Shown here: positions 25,966 through 41,000 of the stretch, in pieces
Numbering within the stretch: position 1 is the first letter of the stretch
How the letters are laid out: each line of letters opens with the position of its first letter
Assembly (NCBI GenBank): GCA_013265495.1
Contig: MU058636.1
Coordinates: forward strand, 3,893,967 to 3,957,966
Reading direction: 5' to 3'
Source of the DNA: Vicugna vicugna
Taxonomy: Eukaryota
Length of the DNA: 64,000 nucleotides
Program-made: the position numbers and the translations under genes
Notes under the pieces: model-generated
What the model saw: only the letters and a program-made list of their open reading frames with translations
What the model was told of the DNA's origin: nothing
The model's database searches: none

Positions 25966-26508
25966 CTTCAAAAAAAAAAAGATCATCATAAGCACATGAA
26001 AAATTTCACTCACCTTTTTAATACAAAACTCAACTCAACTAGGATGGGTAGGTTTATATTCAAATACAAAATTGCTTACATGTCTTAAGTATATGCGAAT
26101 TAAGCATAAGTGATTTAGCCCCCAAATACTATGACAATCACCAGCTATAAGGATAAACAATACAATGACTCTTAGGATAGTAATTGTTAATTAGTAACAA
26201 GGTTCAGAGAGGCTTAGGAAAAAACACTGGTCTTTTCACAAATGCCCTGCGGACAGCCATTTCACAAGCTGCATCACTTGTGAACATGTATATACATCCC
26301 AGCAGCTCTGTCCACATCGCCTTTTAACCATCCAAGAAACTGAAAAAGGGTAAAATCCAAAGTGTTCCTAATTTCAAGTAATTTTATGAATGAAAGAAGC
26401 AATGGCAAGTTCAAATTTGAGGTAGACAACAGCCAACAGACCAACAGGTAGATTTAGATTTGTCACATGAAAATGACTAAATAGATGACTAAATTGAAAG
26501 TCAATTAA

Positions 26509-26677
26509 GGGGGAGGATATAGCTCATGTGGTAGAGCGCACGCTTAGGATGCATGAGACCCTAGGTTCAATCCCCAGTACCTCCTCTAAAAATAAATAAA
26601 CCTAATTACCTCCCCCACCCCCACAAAATAATTAAATAGTACAATAGTAAATAAAGTATTTTTTAAATAAGTAAATA
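26509..26677 (+). mobile_element. tRNA-derived SINE (camelid Vic-1 type) in HSPH1 intron 8, full length with TSD
   Basis: GGGGGAGGATATAGCTCATGTGGTAGAGCG (A box)...GGTTCAATCCC (B box)...AAATAAATAAACCTAATTACCTCCCCC and an AT-rich tail. 12-bp TSD aaagtcaattaa at 26497-26508 and 26678-26689. Confidence 0.9.
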
Positions 26678-27317
26678 AAAGTCAATTAATTCTTGAATAG
26701 CACAGGATTCTTCAAAAGAGAAGCCAAAATAAGCTCTACTGCTTAAAAAAACTATAACTTCCAAAGTTTGGGGGAATTAGTGCAGGAGACATACTCCATT
26801 ATTAAGGAAAAAGCAAAAACAAAAACCCATAAAACATGATGAATCTTGATGATGCAATGGACTATCAGCAGTGGTCAGCATATATTCTTTTAAAAAATTT
26901 TAGAGTACTCAGTCTAAATGCTTTTGTCTAAAGAATCTCTTGCTGTATATTAAAAAAATACTGCTACCTAGATCAAGTTAACTTCTAGATTGGATGCTTT
27001 TGCTTTCACAACCTTTATGCCTCTGATCTGCCTATTTGTTAAGCAAGTTAAAACCACCTGTTAGTTAATCCTCTTACCGCTGCCAACTTCCCCCAAATTA
27101 CTCCTTTTTACACCAGGTTGCCATTCTAATTCCCTTCTGTGTGCTTTGTAACATGTTACCACCACAGAGCTAACCAGTGCTTTACAGCTGTGTTTTCTGA
27201 TCCCCCCAGAATCATCCCAGTTTGAGAAACACTAGTTCTGCAGTTCTTTTCGTCTTAATTTCCTAACTCTTCCAGATTTAAAGATCCTTGTGCCCCTACA
27301 GCCTCACAGATTTATTA

Positions 27318-27680
<363 letters not shown>

Positions 27681-28247
27681 TTAAAAGGAAAACTTTATAA
27701 GTATTTAGGAAAATTATCTTAAAGCCAATATCCTGTCCTATTTTTTTAAACAATAAGTCTTATCAACCCAATGAATTTTTTTCCTCAGACACCCTGAATT
27801 CCACATGAGCCAAGTTCAACTGTATCATAATTTGTAACTTTTTTTCCCAAAAAATACACAAAACAGATGTAGAAAGGTGACAGGGGAGAAAATCAATCTG
27901 AATGGTATTACTGGAATAAATCACTTTTATGTTAAGATTGTCATTTCATTCCTTAATGTTTCATGTGATCCAATTTTGATTACTTTGAATACTTCCACTG
28001 ACTTCAAAATATTTCTGTGAAATGTTTTGTGAAACCGTTATTCAATCACTGGCCCAGAAATACTGAAAAGTGAATACCACCAAAAAGACTCAGTCAGTCA
28101 TGAGTGCACTTAGCAACGCTCTCTCTTAGAACCCCCTTTGCAGACGTAACCCTAGTTCTAACGGTTCTGACTTCCAACAGGTACTATACAATCTTGAGAC
28201 GTGGGCCGAGATTCACACCACCACAGCTAGAACTGACGCCCGGGCTA

Positions 28248-28544
<297 letters not shown>

Positions 28545-28980
28545 CTAATTTAGTTAAAACAACAAATAATCTGGTTATTTTCAATAACATTGGTAACTAG
28601 AATCTTAAATATTACTACTCAACAAGTAAACAGTAGCAGGCTCAAGATTTCTATTTAAACTACAACATGAAGTCCAAGTCCGTTAGGAGACAGGTAACTA
28701 CCTAATCCAAATGCAGCTAAAAACCAAAAATACCTTAGAGACTTAACAATTACACGGGATAATCTTATAAAGCTTTTCTTCCCTAAGCAAGAACACTTGA
28801 AGAGTACGGTAAAGCAAACACGTCATCTTTATTTTAGGGAGATCAACCTTAGCAATGACTCTGTTGGTATCTTTAGCCAAAACTCTTCATTATCTAGAAG
28901 AGCACAGTCAAAAAACTCAGCAGCTTACAGTAATGACAGTTTTAACACATTTAATGTTTGGGTCACTTAGTTCCAATTTA

Positions 28981-29226
<246 letters not shown>

Positions 29227-30022
29227 TCAATTAAAGATGAACATATTCCTTTCATATCTGACTTCACACTAATTTTCTTGGCATCAATTACCTTATCCCT
29301 TTGAGATTTTAGAACAATGTTCTATCACTTTTAAATAAATGGGGAGACATAACAGAAAAGACAAACATGGTTGCAAAACAATGGAATGTAAACCACATGT
29401 AACCACAAACAGAATCAGACTCATTACACAAATACTTACATTTCAACCACAACCTGCTAGAGACTGCTTATCCAAAAAAATTAAGAATTTAATACACAAC
29501 TAGAGCAACTGTAGTTCCTACCAATTAGATCCAAGGTAAGTAATTGATCTACCTTACATAGTATGTGTTAGCTTTTTTTGAAACCACCGTATTCCTAAAT
29601 ATGTATACTTAAGGCATCATCAGTACTCTGAGTTCTTAACACATCTATTAAATAAATACTAAACAAAGCCTGATCTTGCTGTGCCTGAATACATGAGACT
29701 ATACCTGACTCTGAGTCCGTCTGTAATCACAAAGAACTGACAGAAGCTCCAGGAGCAGGTGAGTGCGTGCTCTGCTCCACACCACACCCACTCCTAACAC
29801 AGTGCCCAGCAAATGGTACAGCTTAAATCAGTATCTGATAGAAGATGAATGATCAACTCCTAACTACATACAATTGGAAAGTACAGAAGAAAAAAACATT
29901 TTAAACTAAATCAGTGGTCAGGGTAGTTGTAAAAGTAACAATCGTAAGGTTTTGGGAAAACTTACTTCTTAACTATAAAAACATGTAAGGAAATTAAAAA
30001 AAAAACTAAATTCAACACACTA

Positions 30023-30373
<351 letters not shown>

Positions 30374-31916
30374 CTACAAACAAAAAGGGAAAGGATTTAA
30401 CTCAACTAGAGCACAAAAATGCATACCAACTCCTCACAGCCACTTGTAATAAATTCACAAGAGCCCAGCTAAACAGTCCCCAGCCAAGATATGAAACAAA
30501 CAGAACTTCAGACTAAGTTTCTGGCAAGTTCTTAACGTTCAGAAACAGTAACTACTTTTGAAAAGATTGCCCTAGAATTATCACATCAAACTCACTATAA
30601 CAAAATTTTAACCTGAAATAAAAAGTAATCAGGAGTATTCACTAGACATATTAACAGTGACTTAAATCTAACAGAAAGTTTTAACTTCAAGTGGATGAAA
30701 TACCATTTCCAAACTAGTCTTAAATTTCTGACATTTGGAAATTATTATGCTAAGTCAACATTAAATGTTACATGTAACTAAACTATAAAGGCGACAGGCA
30801 CTTAAAGATAATACAGGGCTAATTCTAGCCACTTCCCTTTAGCTTGGCTATTCATTGAGCATTAATAGGTGGAGTACCTTCTAATTCAGTAGACCTGGAA
30901 TACATTCATATAATCACTCAACTGGAAAGCACCTAAGGGAAAACCTGGTACACTGGCTTTCATGTTTTTTCCCATAGTAACTACAAATGCTTCAGAAAGA
31001 GACAGGGGCAAGAACAAAGGTGGGGTCTCTGATCACCTTTCAAATCAGAACACTACTTTCTTGAGTTTTCCATATTAGGTTATTTAAAGGGAAAAGAAAA
31101 AAGGAAGAAGGAAGGACCACTATTATAACTTAATTCTTTAATTTTACCAAAAATTAACAGCATTTCTCCAAGCAAGACCCAGACAGCCCCTTGGTAGAAC
31201 ACCTTCTGTCTTGCAAGAGAGAAATTTTAGCCTTTCTGCTTCTATCCTTTCATATCCCAGGATGCACTGCCATAAAGGCTTCTGACAGGTCTGGGCAGCC
31301 CACCCTGCCCCGGATGTGATGCAAACCAGGCCGAAGGTAAGTTCATTACAGACAATCCCAGTGCAGAGCATAATCCCAGCAGATTAAGAAATGACTGGAG
31401 GCATCTGAGAGCGCAGGACTGACAACAGTTTTTTGGTGTCCAAATAAGAGGCAAGCTTTTGTCCACTACAAGTCCTCCTTGACAACCTAATTATCAACTG
31501 TCCATTGACGCAGTGAGCCTGCCAGTGCTAAATGTAACCAGTAGGTTATATTTCAAAATAAATGTTCACCAAAAACTAATTCACTGGTTCTCATGTGAGG
31601 GTGGAATTCTGAACAGCTCCCATCTATGTATACAAACTGTCTAACAACACATCAAGTAACTTTAGAATATCCTCCAATTCAACCAATCAGTCTGTATTTT
31701 CAAAAAGCCTGACAGGAGATTTTGATTTGCACCACCACTCAAGAACCTCTGCAACTTCTGGCTAAAAATACCACTCAAACCTACTCTTAAATGCTGCTGA
31801 ACACTATGTTAATACAGTCCAGGGGAATTCTGATCTCTAGAGAACAGCTTTCACACATTCAATATTAAAAAACAACATAAAGAAAGCAAATTAAAATGAA
31901 ACACATTTCCTTGCTA

Positions 31917-32051
<135 letters not shown>

Positions 32052-32671
32052 CTATATTGAGGAAAGAAAAATGTTTTAAATATTATGATTCTTAAAGCTA
32101 CATACTAATATTAACTTCCAAACATTACTACATATTCTCTTCCAGAAAATCTTTATTGTTACAGCTGTTTAGAAAAGGAGTAGGAAAGGAATGGTAAAAG
32201 GAAGAGAAACAGGGAAAGGAAAGCTAAGAACAAAGAAAGATTTTTTCCCCTAGAGATGAAGAGGAGGAAAAAAAAAAGCTGGGGCAGGTTTTCCCCATAT
32301 CCAAAGTACTAGTCAAAACATTATAGAAGGTAGTAAATTTCCACTCTAACTGAAGAGATTAATCACTGGGATAAATATTATTTTGTGTAGATCACACGAC
32401 AGGAATGCAACAGGAACAAACAATGAGGCAACTCTAAATTTTACAATTGCCAACAAGTCACAAAAAATTTGTAGCAGTATATATCATATGAATAATTTTC
32501 AATGATGATTTAAACATAAACTTACAGTTTAAGACAAGCTAGATAAATAAATAAGTTTTTAAGAACACCTTGCCCAATTAACAAAACTGAGTTAAATATT
32601 TATTAAGAATTAAGTACATTTCTCTGTAGATGAATTAGACCATTTCCTAGAAAGGAACCTAAGGTCAATTA

Positions 32672-32875
<204 letters not shown>

Positions 32876-34491
32876 TTAAGAAGAAAGTCAAATGTACAAC
32901 TAAAACCATAGGGATATAAGTCACTTTTCCTAGAGCCCTAAATTTCTCCATCAGTGAATGGATTTTATTCTTCTTCCCCAACAGAAATGCCAGAAGGGAG
33001 GCCGTGAGAGGGACACACACAGACTTCAAAATCTCCAAGATAAACTCGAAGACAGTGACACTATCACTACAGGTCTAAGTAACTCCCAGGACCTATACGT
33101 ATTCCTTCCCCCTACTAAACCTGCAAGTTTTACACCTAATGAATAAGTGAAAAAGGAGATCTAGCAGCAACATAAGTCATATTACATTTTTTTAAAAAGT
33201 TAATTGTCATAGTCTATTAAGTTGCTAAGTGGTTAGTATAAATATTTGGGGCCACAAAATACATGGATTGCTACTTGACCTATTAACAGCATAGAATACT
33301 AATTATCGATATCAAAAAGCAGAAAAAGCAAGGGTAATTCACAAAACCTCTGTATGAGGTGGTGCTTTTGCTGCACGTACAGGTTTTTGATGATCAGGCT
33401 CTGGACTTAGAAGTCCCATTTCACAGCATATTTCACGCAAAGATGTCAGCACTGGGAACTTTATTTAAAATACAAAAATAATTAAAAGATAAAAAACTAA
33501 GACTTCTAAAGTCATTAGCTTGAAAATGCCAAAACAGTTTACTATTTGCTGTTTTCTCTGATCTACACTTTTAAAGGGAAAAATATAGCTTGACAACACT
33601 AGTTTTCAAATAATATGGAGTAGTATTCCAGGATTTAGAGTTGTTTCTTTTTTAGCATATCTTCCATACTTGAAAGAATCTTTTCAATCTCTTTTTTAAT
33701 TGAATAAATCCAACATGTAACATTGTATGTTTAAGGTGTACAGTGAATGTTACTTTTACATGTTGCAATAGGATTGCTTTCAGTCCCTTCCTTAAAAGCC
33801 TCAGAAGGAATTTTCATACTTCATATTTACTTTTCTCCTCAGCCCCTACATTTCAACAGTTACAATGTGAGCCCCAAGTGGGAGCCACATAGGTAAATTT
33901 TCAAGTCCTGTTAATAAGGAAACCTAATTCCAAAAAAGGGTGAAATTAATTTCAATAACCTATTCAGCTTAGTATATCTAAAATACCATCATCTCCACAT
34001 GCTCTCAGTGTAAAAAATTTATGAGGTGGTTTACTCTTTATTTAAGTCTTCGAAATCATGTATTCTGTACCTTACTTTTCGATTCAGACCAGGTACACTT
34101 CAAGTGCTGCAGAGCCACGGGGAGCCAATGGCCACCACGCAGACAGCAGAGCCTGGACAAAAGCTCCCCTCCTACCACCTTAATTACTAAGTAACCTGGA
34201 AACACTTTTAAACGCAGAACTTCTTAGATGTTCCTTCTATAAAAGGAATCCTTAACTCTTGAATGAATATCATGAGAAACTTCACATGAAAGAACAAGTG
34301 TCTCATTTGTAATTTTTAAAAATTAGATAAATTAGAAGGTAGCAAAGTATCTAAGAGCTCAAAGGAATACTTGCACTACAGTTCTAAAACAAAAAAATAG
34401 ATAGGCTTAGGTATTTCATGTTCTTATATGTCTGAGATTTTACTCTTAAAATCTCTCCCCTAAAAAGTGATCAGAATTCTCTTAAACATAC

Positions 34492-34549
34492 CTGATTTTT
34501 GGCTGCAACTCCAATTGTTCTGTTTTTTGATCCAAATGATATGACTGAT
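34492..34549 (-). CDS. HSPH1: HSPH1 exon 2 (58 nt)
   Basis: ttctag|A TCA GTC...AAT CAG|gtatg; encodes SVISFGSKNRTIGVAAKNQ; phase matches exon 1. Confidence 0.97.
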
Positions 34550-37070
34550 CTAGAAGAAATTTTAAAAGCATGCTTAAAAAATGTTAAAAAGCATAAATGT
34601 GAACATTTTTAAATGACATGAGAAAGATTCTAATATAAATGTCTTACCCATTCATGGGGACTGGGGCACAAGGACAGCACAATTTTGAAGTCTAAAGCCT
34701 CAGGGACTCTAAGAGGGCCCCCTTAACTGCCACTCTGAAAATCCAATCTAGGTGTCAGTTGTACCCCACCACCCATCCCATCCCCATCCCAGATCGTCTG
34801 CTCGTGGATCAGAGAACATTTTCCAATGCCAGCATAATTCTCTAGGCTCCAATTGTTAGGAAGTAGACAGTAACTCTGAAAATGCTTTGAACAGTTAAAG
34901 AATATTATTAACATGGCACGAGATGCATGATTTAACAAAGTATGGTGTAACCACTTTGCAGTTACCAACTCCATACAAATCTAAATATCACTATCATACT
35001 TATTGCTGTCCTGATGTACCATTTGACTCTTTAGGATCAAAAGTTTTTATAGAATTCAATTGATACAAGTAAGCCTAAGTTATGCTTCTGGAATTGAAAA
35101 GCACAAAACAGACTCCTGTATGGAAGAAATCGACTTGAGCAAGCCAAGCAGAAATGATGCAGAGCAAGTACCACAGCAGAACCAAGTACAAATGCTGAGG
35201 AAAAGGACTGAATAATCAGTTACATTAAGTCAGCTTTGACGAGCAAAGTGACTTGTAACTGTGAGTCAGCCTTCTGAGAAATGGAGACAGAATGGTAGCA
35301 CAGAGCAGAGAAGTCTCGTCAGAAGGAAGGAAGTGAATTAGGTTTTAGAGGGCAGGTAAGAGTAATGGTACCATAGGAGCAAAATGGGATATACTGAGGG
35401 CATTAAATATCAAGCTGAATCAAATTTAAATCTGCTGTAACAGAAACATCTTTGACCTAGATTATTTGAGCAGATGCTCAATCATATCCTAAAAGCCAGA
35501 GAACTGTTGGAGCAAAGGCTAGATCTTTAAAATACTTTCCAAAAACCTAGTTATCACTCCAAGTTCAGAGTAAATATACAGCTGTAGAACAAATTCACTC
35601 ATTTTCCAAGGGGGGAATGAAATCAATTACACTAAACAGAAATTAACAGTAGCCAATGTAGTTGAACCAAATACCTATCTTCCAAAAAATATTAAAAGAA
35701 ACTCCAATACTGCCCTCAGTTTACCACGTTTTAGAGCCCTGTCATCTTTAGTTTCACAGCGGTCACTATAGCCACGTAATTTTTTCTTACTCTCCTTTGA
35801 GCTTTTCTTCCTTTCATTGGATCAAACAGAAAAAAACGTAAACTGCACCCAGGCATGAAAGCCTGAGAAACTGTCTTCTTTCTTACTAGACTCCCATCAC
35901 AGCCCTTTGCACAGCCAAAGAAAAGACTATAGATTTACAGAGGTCCATGCATGAGATGCTCAGGGACTAAGTCTTCCCAATGCAACTAATACTTAGATGT
36001 TTGGGATTTTCCATTCACTTTTCATAAATACTCTTCATGATACAAGCCCCCAGTCATTTCACCTTTGGGCTCAATGTTTCATTCTATTATTTTTACCTTG
36101 GGTTTAAGGCATTAAAAATAAATACCTACATCATTTTCCCTGAGAAACAAGCAGTTGGTTTTGTTAGTGTACATACAGGCATGTTTCCATGTATTATGCT
36201 CAGAAATTAAGACCCTCCCCCTCCAAAAGAGTTGCTTTTTAAAATGTTAACCTTTGCCCACCACACGCTGCTGTAGAATATACCACTTAACTCAGTGACA
36301 ACATCCACACTCTGGAGAGCTTCTAGCACAAAAGTATGCAATTTTTACTTTCTCTCCTTCTTAACCATGCAAAATTAATAAAGAAATTAGAGCACGACTT
36401 GGGATTCTTCTTTAATGGCTCTCATAAAATGAGCAAAAAAGCCGTTTACATCTTCCACAAATGATCCAAGAGTAAGAGGACGCAGATTTCATCTATCAGA
36501 GGAGTGCTCTGTGGTCGCTAACAACAATCCGCCCGCTCACTGCTCAAGCAGCAGCATACAGGCTCTGGAAGCTTCCAGTTCATTTCGAGATTCACAATGC
36601 GGAAGAAAAAAACTCGGCAGCCCGGGATCTGCGATGCAGAGACATGTTTGGAGGGAGGGGGACGAGTTGGGGGCGGCTCAGCCAGCTCAGAGAAGCCGGG
36701 TGGGGAAACAGGGGCGGCCGCGTAAAGAGCTGGCTGAAGCTTCTTGCCTAGAAAAGGGATCGAAGTCTCGGCCTTGGCCGCACCCCGGTCCCCAGGAGGA
36801 AGCCCATCCAAAGTGACGACCCTAGAAGATTAGATTCTCTGGCTTCTCTTGGCCCCGCGAACCCCGGAGACACCCCTTCTCCGATATGTGCCCGCAAGAC
36901 CCCTCGCCTACTCGGCGGCCGGGCCGCCAGCATCCTGACCCCACAGAGGGGCACACCGCTTCCCACATCGCCCTCCCTTCGTCCTGGTGATCCGCAACCA
37001 GCCTCAAGCCTAGGGTCCCCACGCTCCCCGTCCCCGAACGTCCCCCCAGCGCCCCGCAGGCTCTCACTTA

Positions 37071-37442
<372 letters not shown>

Positions 37443-37498
37443 TCACCGGCGCGCCGCTGAACTACCGACCCAAAAGGGGAGGTCCCAGCTCCTCAGCC

Positions 37499-37505
37499 TT
37501 ATGTA
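37499..37505 (-). promoter_or_regulatory. TATA-like box TACATAA of HSPH1
   Basis: The only AT-rich box between the HSE and the 5'UTR; implies a TSS near 37470-37475 (inference). Confidence 0.65.
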
Positions 37506-37516
37506 TCGCACTGATC

Positions 37517-37531
37517 GGAACTTTCCAGAAT
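37517..37531. promoter_or_regulatory. Proximal heat-shock element (three alternating nGAAn units)
   Basis: gGAAc tTTCc aGAAt, a perfect HSF1 site, 12 bp upstream of the TATA-like box. Confidence 0.9.
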
Positions 37532-37591
37532 CTGCGGCATTTACTCACCGGCGCCTCCACTGGCCCCTCCACGTGCCACTTCCGCTTCCTT

Positions 37592-37617
37592 CTTCTCGAG
37601 CCTTCTCGAAAGATTCT
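37592..37617. promoter_or_regulatory. Distal heat-shock element
   Basis: cTTCt cGAGc cTTCt cGAAa (g)aTTCt, alternating pentamers with one mismatch. Flanked by E-box CACGTG (37570-37575), ETS-like CACTTCCG (37577-37584) and CCAAT (37620-37624). Confidence 0.8.
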
Positions 37618-37979
37618 ACCCAATGGGTGGCTGGTCCCTCTGGGGACGACAGTCGTTGCCATGGCGGCAGGACAGCCGCTCCGGCGCTATTTGCTCAAGC
37701 TGGCCAAGCTGACCCGCCCACGCCCCGCCCTCCCTAGCTAGGGGCTCTTCGCTGTCCTAATAAAATGGGCAATGAAAAATGACTCGAAAAATCGTAATCT
37801 TCGTGATTTAATAATGAGCGATGGTGTCCAACCCTTAGACTCGAAGGAGAGGCTGAGCAGGCGGGGACACACATCCCTACTTCTGCAGAGACCCGAGACC
37901 CCCGGACGCCAAGGAGGCCGACCGGCTGTCAGAGGAGCATGTCGGGAACCGTAGTCAGGCTGGAGGACGGTGTCGCCTT

Positions 37980-38000
37980 GCATGCTGGGATGTGTAGTCC
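37980..38000 (-). promoter_or_regulatory. ZNF143/THAP11-type (SBS) motif
   Basis: Reverse strand GGACTACACATCCCAGCATGC matches ACTACAnnTCCCAGnATGC. Confidence 0.75.
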
Positions 38001-41000
38001 CGGCCGCAGAGCGTGCTGGGAGCTGGCTTTGTCTTGGGGGACTCGCGGGAGAGGCCGGCTTCCCTCTAGCGCTTTTGTGCGCATTCCTCAGTGATGGCGT
38101 TATTTCTTTACCCTGCTTTCTTGGTATCCGCTTCCATTATTGTCTAAATTACCCCACAGCTGGTGAATTAGAAATTAGAAGGAGGATTTTCTGTTTAAAT
38201 TTCTAGTAACAAGCACAGGGTTTGTATTAAATGTTACTGAATTTATCAGCGGCAGGATAGTCTTTTGTGGAATGAAATGTTCCTTTTTCTTTTTTTAAGC
38301 GGGTTTTATATGTGGCATAATTTGGAAAGCTGTCTGTGTATCACATTCTGCTTACTTTTGACACATCTGACGTGATCAGGCCTTGGTCTACCCTGCCACT
38401 CCTGAGCCGTAAATTATTAGATAAGTTTTGCTTCTTATTTGATCTGAAACAGCTTGTGTTTCTTTGATAGCTATGTCCCTATTATTTTCAGTAAAGAGAC
38501 AAGCATAGAAAGAAAAAAAAAGGTGGCACTCTGCTGCTGTTACCAGGTCTTTTACAGCCTTCTGTGTCCTTTTAAGTTTGCCTGAGAGCTCCTTGCTTAC
38601 TCTCCCTCAGGCACATAGAAATATAGATGAAATATGTAGGAATTTCGAGCTGAAGTTAGAATAATTAAAGCCCTGAAGAGTATGGCAGTCCTTAGAAGGT
38701 TAAATCAGAAACGAGGCTAGAAGGCCAGGTTTATGTTACATATAGTCAATTGTGTGCTTGGCCCAGCATTTAGACAAGCTGCTTAACCTTTACATTGCTT
38801 CAGTTAACTGGTCTTTAAAATGAGAACAATTTAATGAAATAGTAGGTCTCTAACGGTGATTGTATTCTTAAATTTGAAAATACAGCTAGCTATCATTATT
38901 TTTGTTTTGCTTTACAATTCCCCCCTTCCCCCACACACTTTTTTTGCGTATCAAAACCTTATATTAAAATCCATGGAATCATAACATTTTTGAACGGAAA
39001 CAGAACTTGGGAATTTTTGGTCAGCTTCCCACATTTATGTGGGGAAACTGTTGTGTAGACAGGAGAAAGGAACAGTTCTTGGTCTTTGGAGCCAGACGGA
39101 TTTGGATCAGGTTCAAATCCTCGGGCAATACTGATAGCACTTTATAGTACTGCTTGTAAGACCCCCAGCTCTCCTTCATGGAATCTTGAAGAATATAGAA
39201 TCTTGGCTATACGGATTTATTAATTTGCCAGCTGTGTGACCTTGAGATAATTACTAAGCCTTCCTGTGCTCCACCTCATAGGATCTGTATAATGATGGAA
39301 AGGGTATGTAAAGCGCTAAACATATGTCATTATTATGTGATACCCATTTAATGTTCTTCAGATTCTTCTTTGAGCTTCCATTTCAGCATCTGTAATGGAC
39401 ATATACCTATCTTTTGGGGATTTTGGAAGAATCAGATGTAAGTAAAACAGCTAGTATGGTAGTAGACATTCAGTAAGTTGTAGTAATAGTAACAGTAATA
39501 TTATTCAAGAAAAGCCAGTGCCAGAACTTGTAGCTCAACTCGTGCTGCTTGGACGCTGAGTTGTACCTTTGTGTAGCCCCCTTTTATTTAATCAGTCCAC
39601 CTTAACTGTGTATTGGAACAGGTGAGTGAGTAGGGGCCATATGAACTACCACGTTTATTATCTAATATTACATTTATTATATGCTTGGAATCCTTGTCAT
39701 TACTTAATTACATTTTATTTATTTTGATTTATTATGTTTTAAATACATAGATAGTTTCTCACACTATTTCTATCGTAGTCTCAAATTTTAGAATGCAACT
39801 AACACCAGATAAAAGTAGTCCCAACGAATTGTCTAACTGTGGATCCACAGGCAAACAGGGAATTAAGTTGACGTTACCCTGTCTGCTAGCAGCTACCAGT
39901 GCAGTTACTGGGTTTTTCCCCATATTTGTCTTAGAGAACGAGTTCTTAAAACTAGAAGCGGAGACAGCACCCAAGAACAACAAAGATAAAACAAAAATGC
40001 AAAGATAAAAGAAGAAAAGCCCAAACAAAAATGCCTCTCAAAGAGATGATGAGCAGTAGATATAAAGAGCTGGGAGAGGCGTCCTTGAAAGGGAGCAAGA
40101 GATGGGCAAGCGTGGATGCATAGAGAGAATAATGCACATGAAAGTGCTCATGACCTTCACCTTCTGGTGAGTCAGTATTTTTGTGGTCTTTGTATTCAGC
40201 ACGGTGCCAGGTGCTAGGGGCTACAGAAGGAGTATCAGACTTGTTCTAAATCAAGATGCCTTTTGTCTGGCTTGTCTATAATGCCAGTACATCTGAATGC
40301 TCAGGTATCTGAAATCTTACCCTTTCCAGCCTCTTTCAGTATTTGCTTTCTAAAGGGTTTTTCCTTCTCATATATTAACTTGAAATTTATTTAAAAATTA
40401 ATTGGTAGCTGTAAAATCTATTTTTTCTTGATTTGAAGTTATTTTAGAAAGAATGATCACCTAAAAATAGGAATACATGGAAAAATCCTGAAGGAAAAAA
40501 GACTAAATGCTTTTTCTTCTAACCTAAAAGGGATCATCATATTTTATGACAAATGTGGTTAGCAGAAACTCAGGTTGTAGAATAATGTTCATGTCTCCCC
40601 CCTACCCCAAGCTCACTGTGAACCACTTTACCCCTGGAACACCAATGGCCTTCTTGCTGACCTCAAGGCTTTGGTGCTAGTTGGGCCCACCTAGAAAGCT
40701 CTTCTTAGGCTCTTGGCGAGGCCAGCTTCTTCTCATCCTTCAAGGCTCAGTCTAAATCTCATTTCCCACAGAGGAAGTTTCTGAATGCCAACCAGTAAGC
40801 ACATCACCCTTCCCAAAGGAACACTCAGTGTTTGTTTAGTTACTAAGGTGAACCTGGTACCAGACCTGGTGCCAAGGATGGTCACCATTTGGCTTGAGCC
40901 AGTCAGCACATTCCTTTCCCCTTCATCACAGTCGTTGGTTCAGGGGTGATCACGTGATGCACTCAGCCCAACCAGGTGACTCTCGGTACTATCACTTAGA

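Noticed and set aside
26509..26585. tRNA-Ala-like gene
   Set aside because: It is the head of a SINE: followed by a SINE body and A-rich tail and bounded by a TSD.
31148..31465. Possible cryptic/poison exon in HSPH1 intron 4 (GC-richer block with candidate splice sites)
   Set aside because: Weak acceptor and no supporting evidence from sequence alone.
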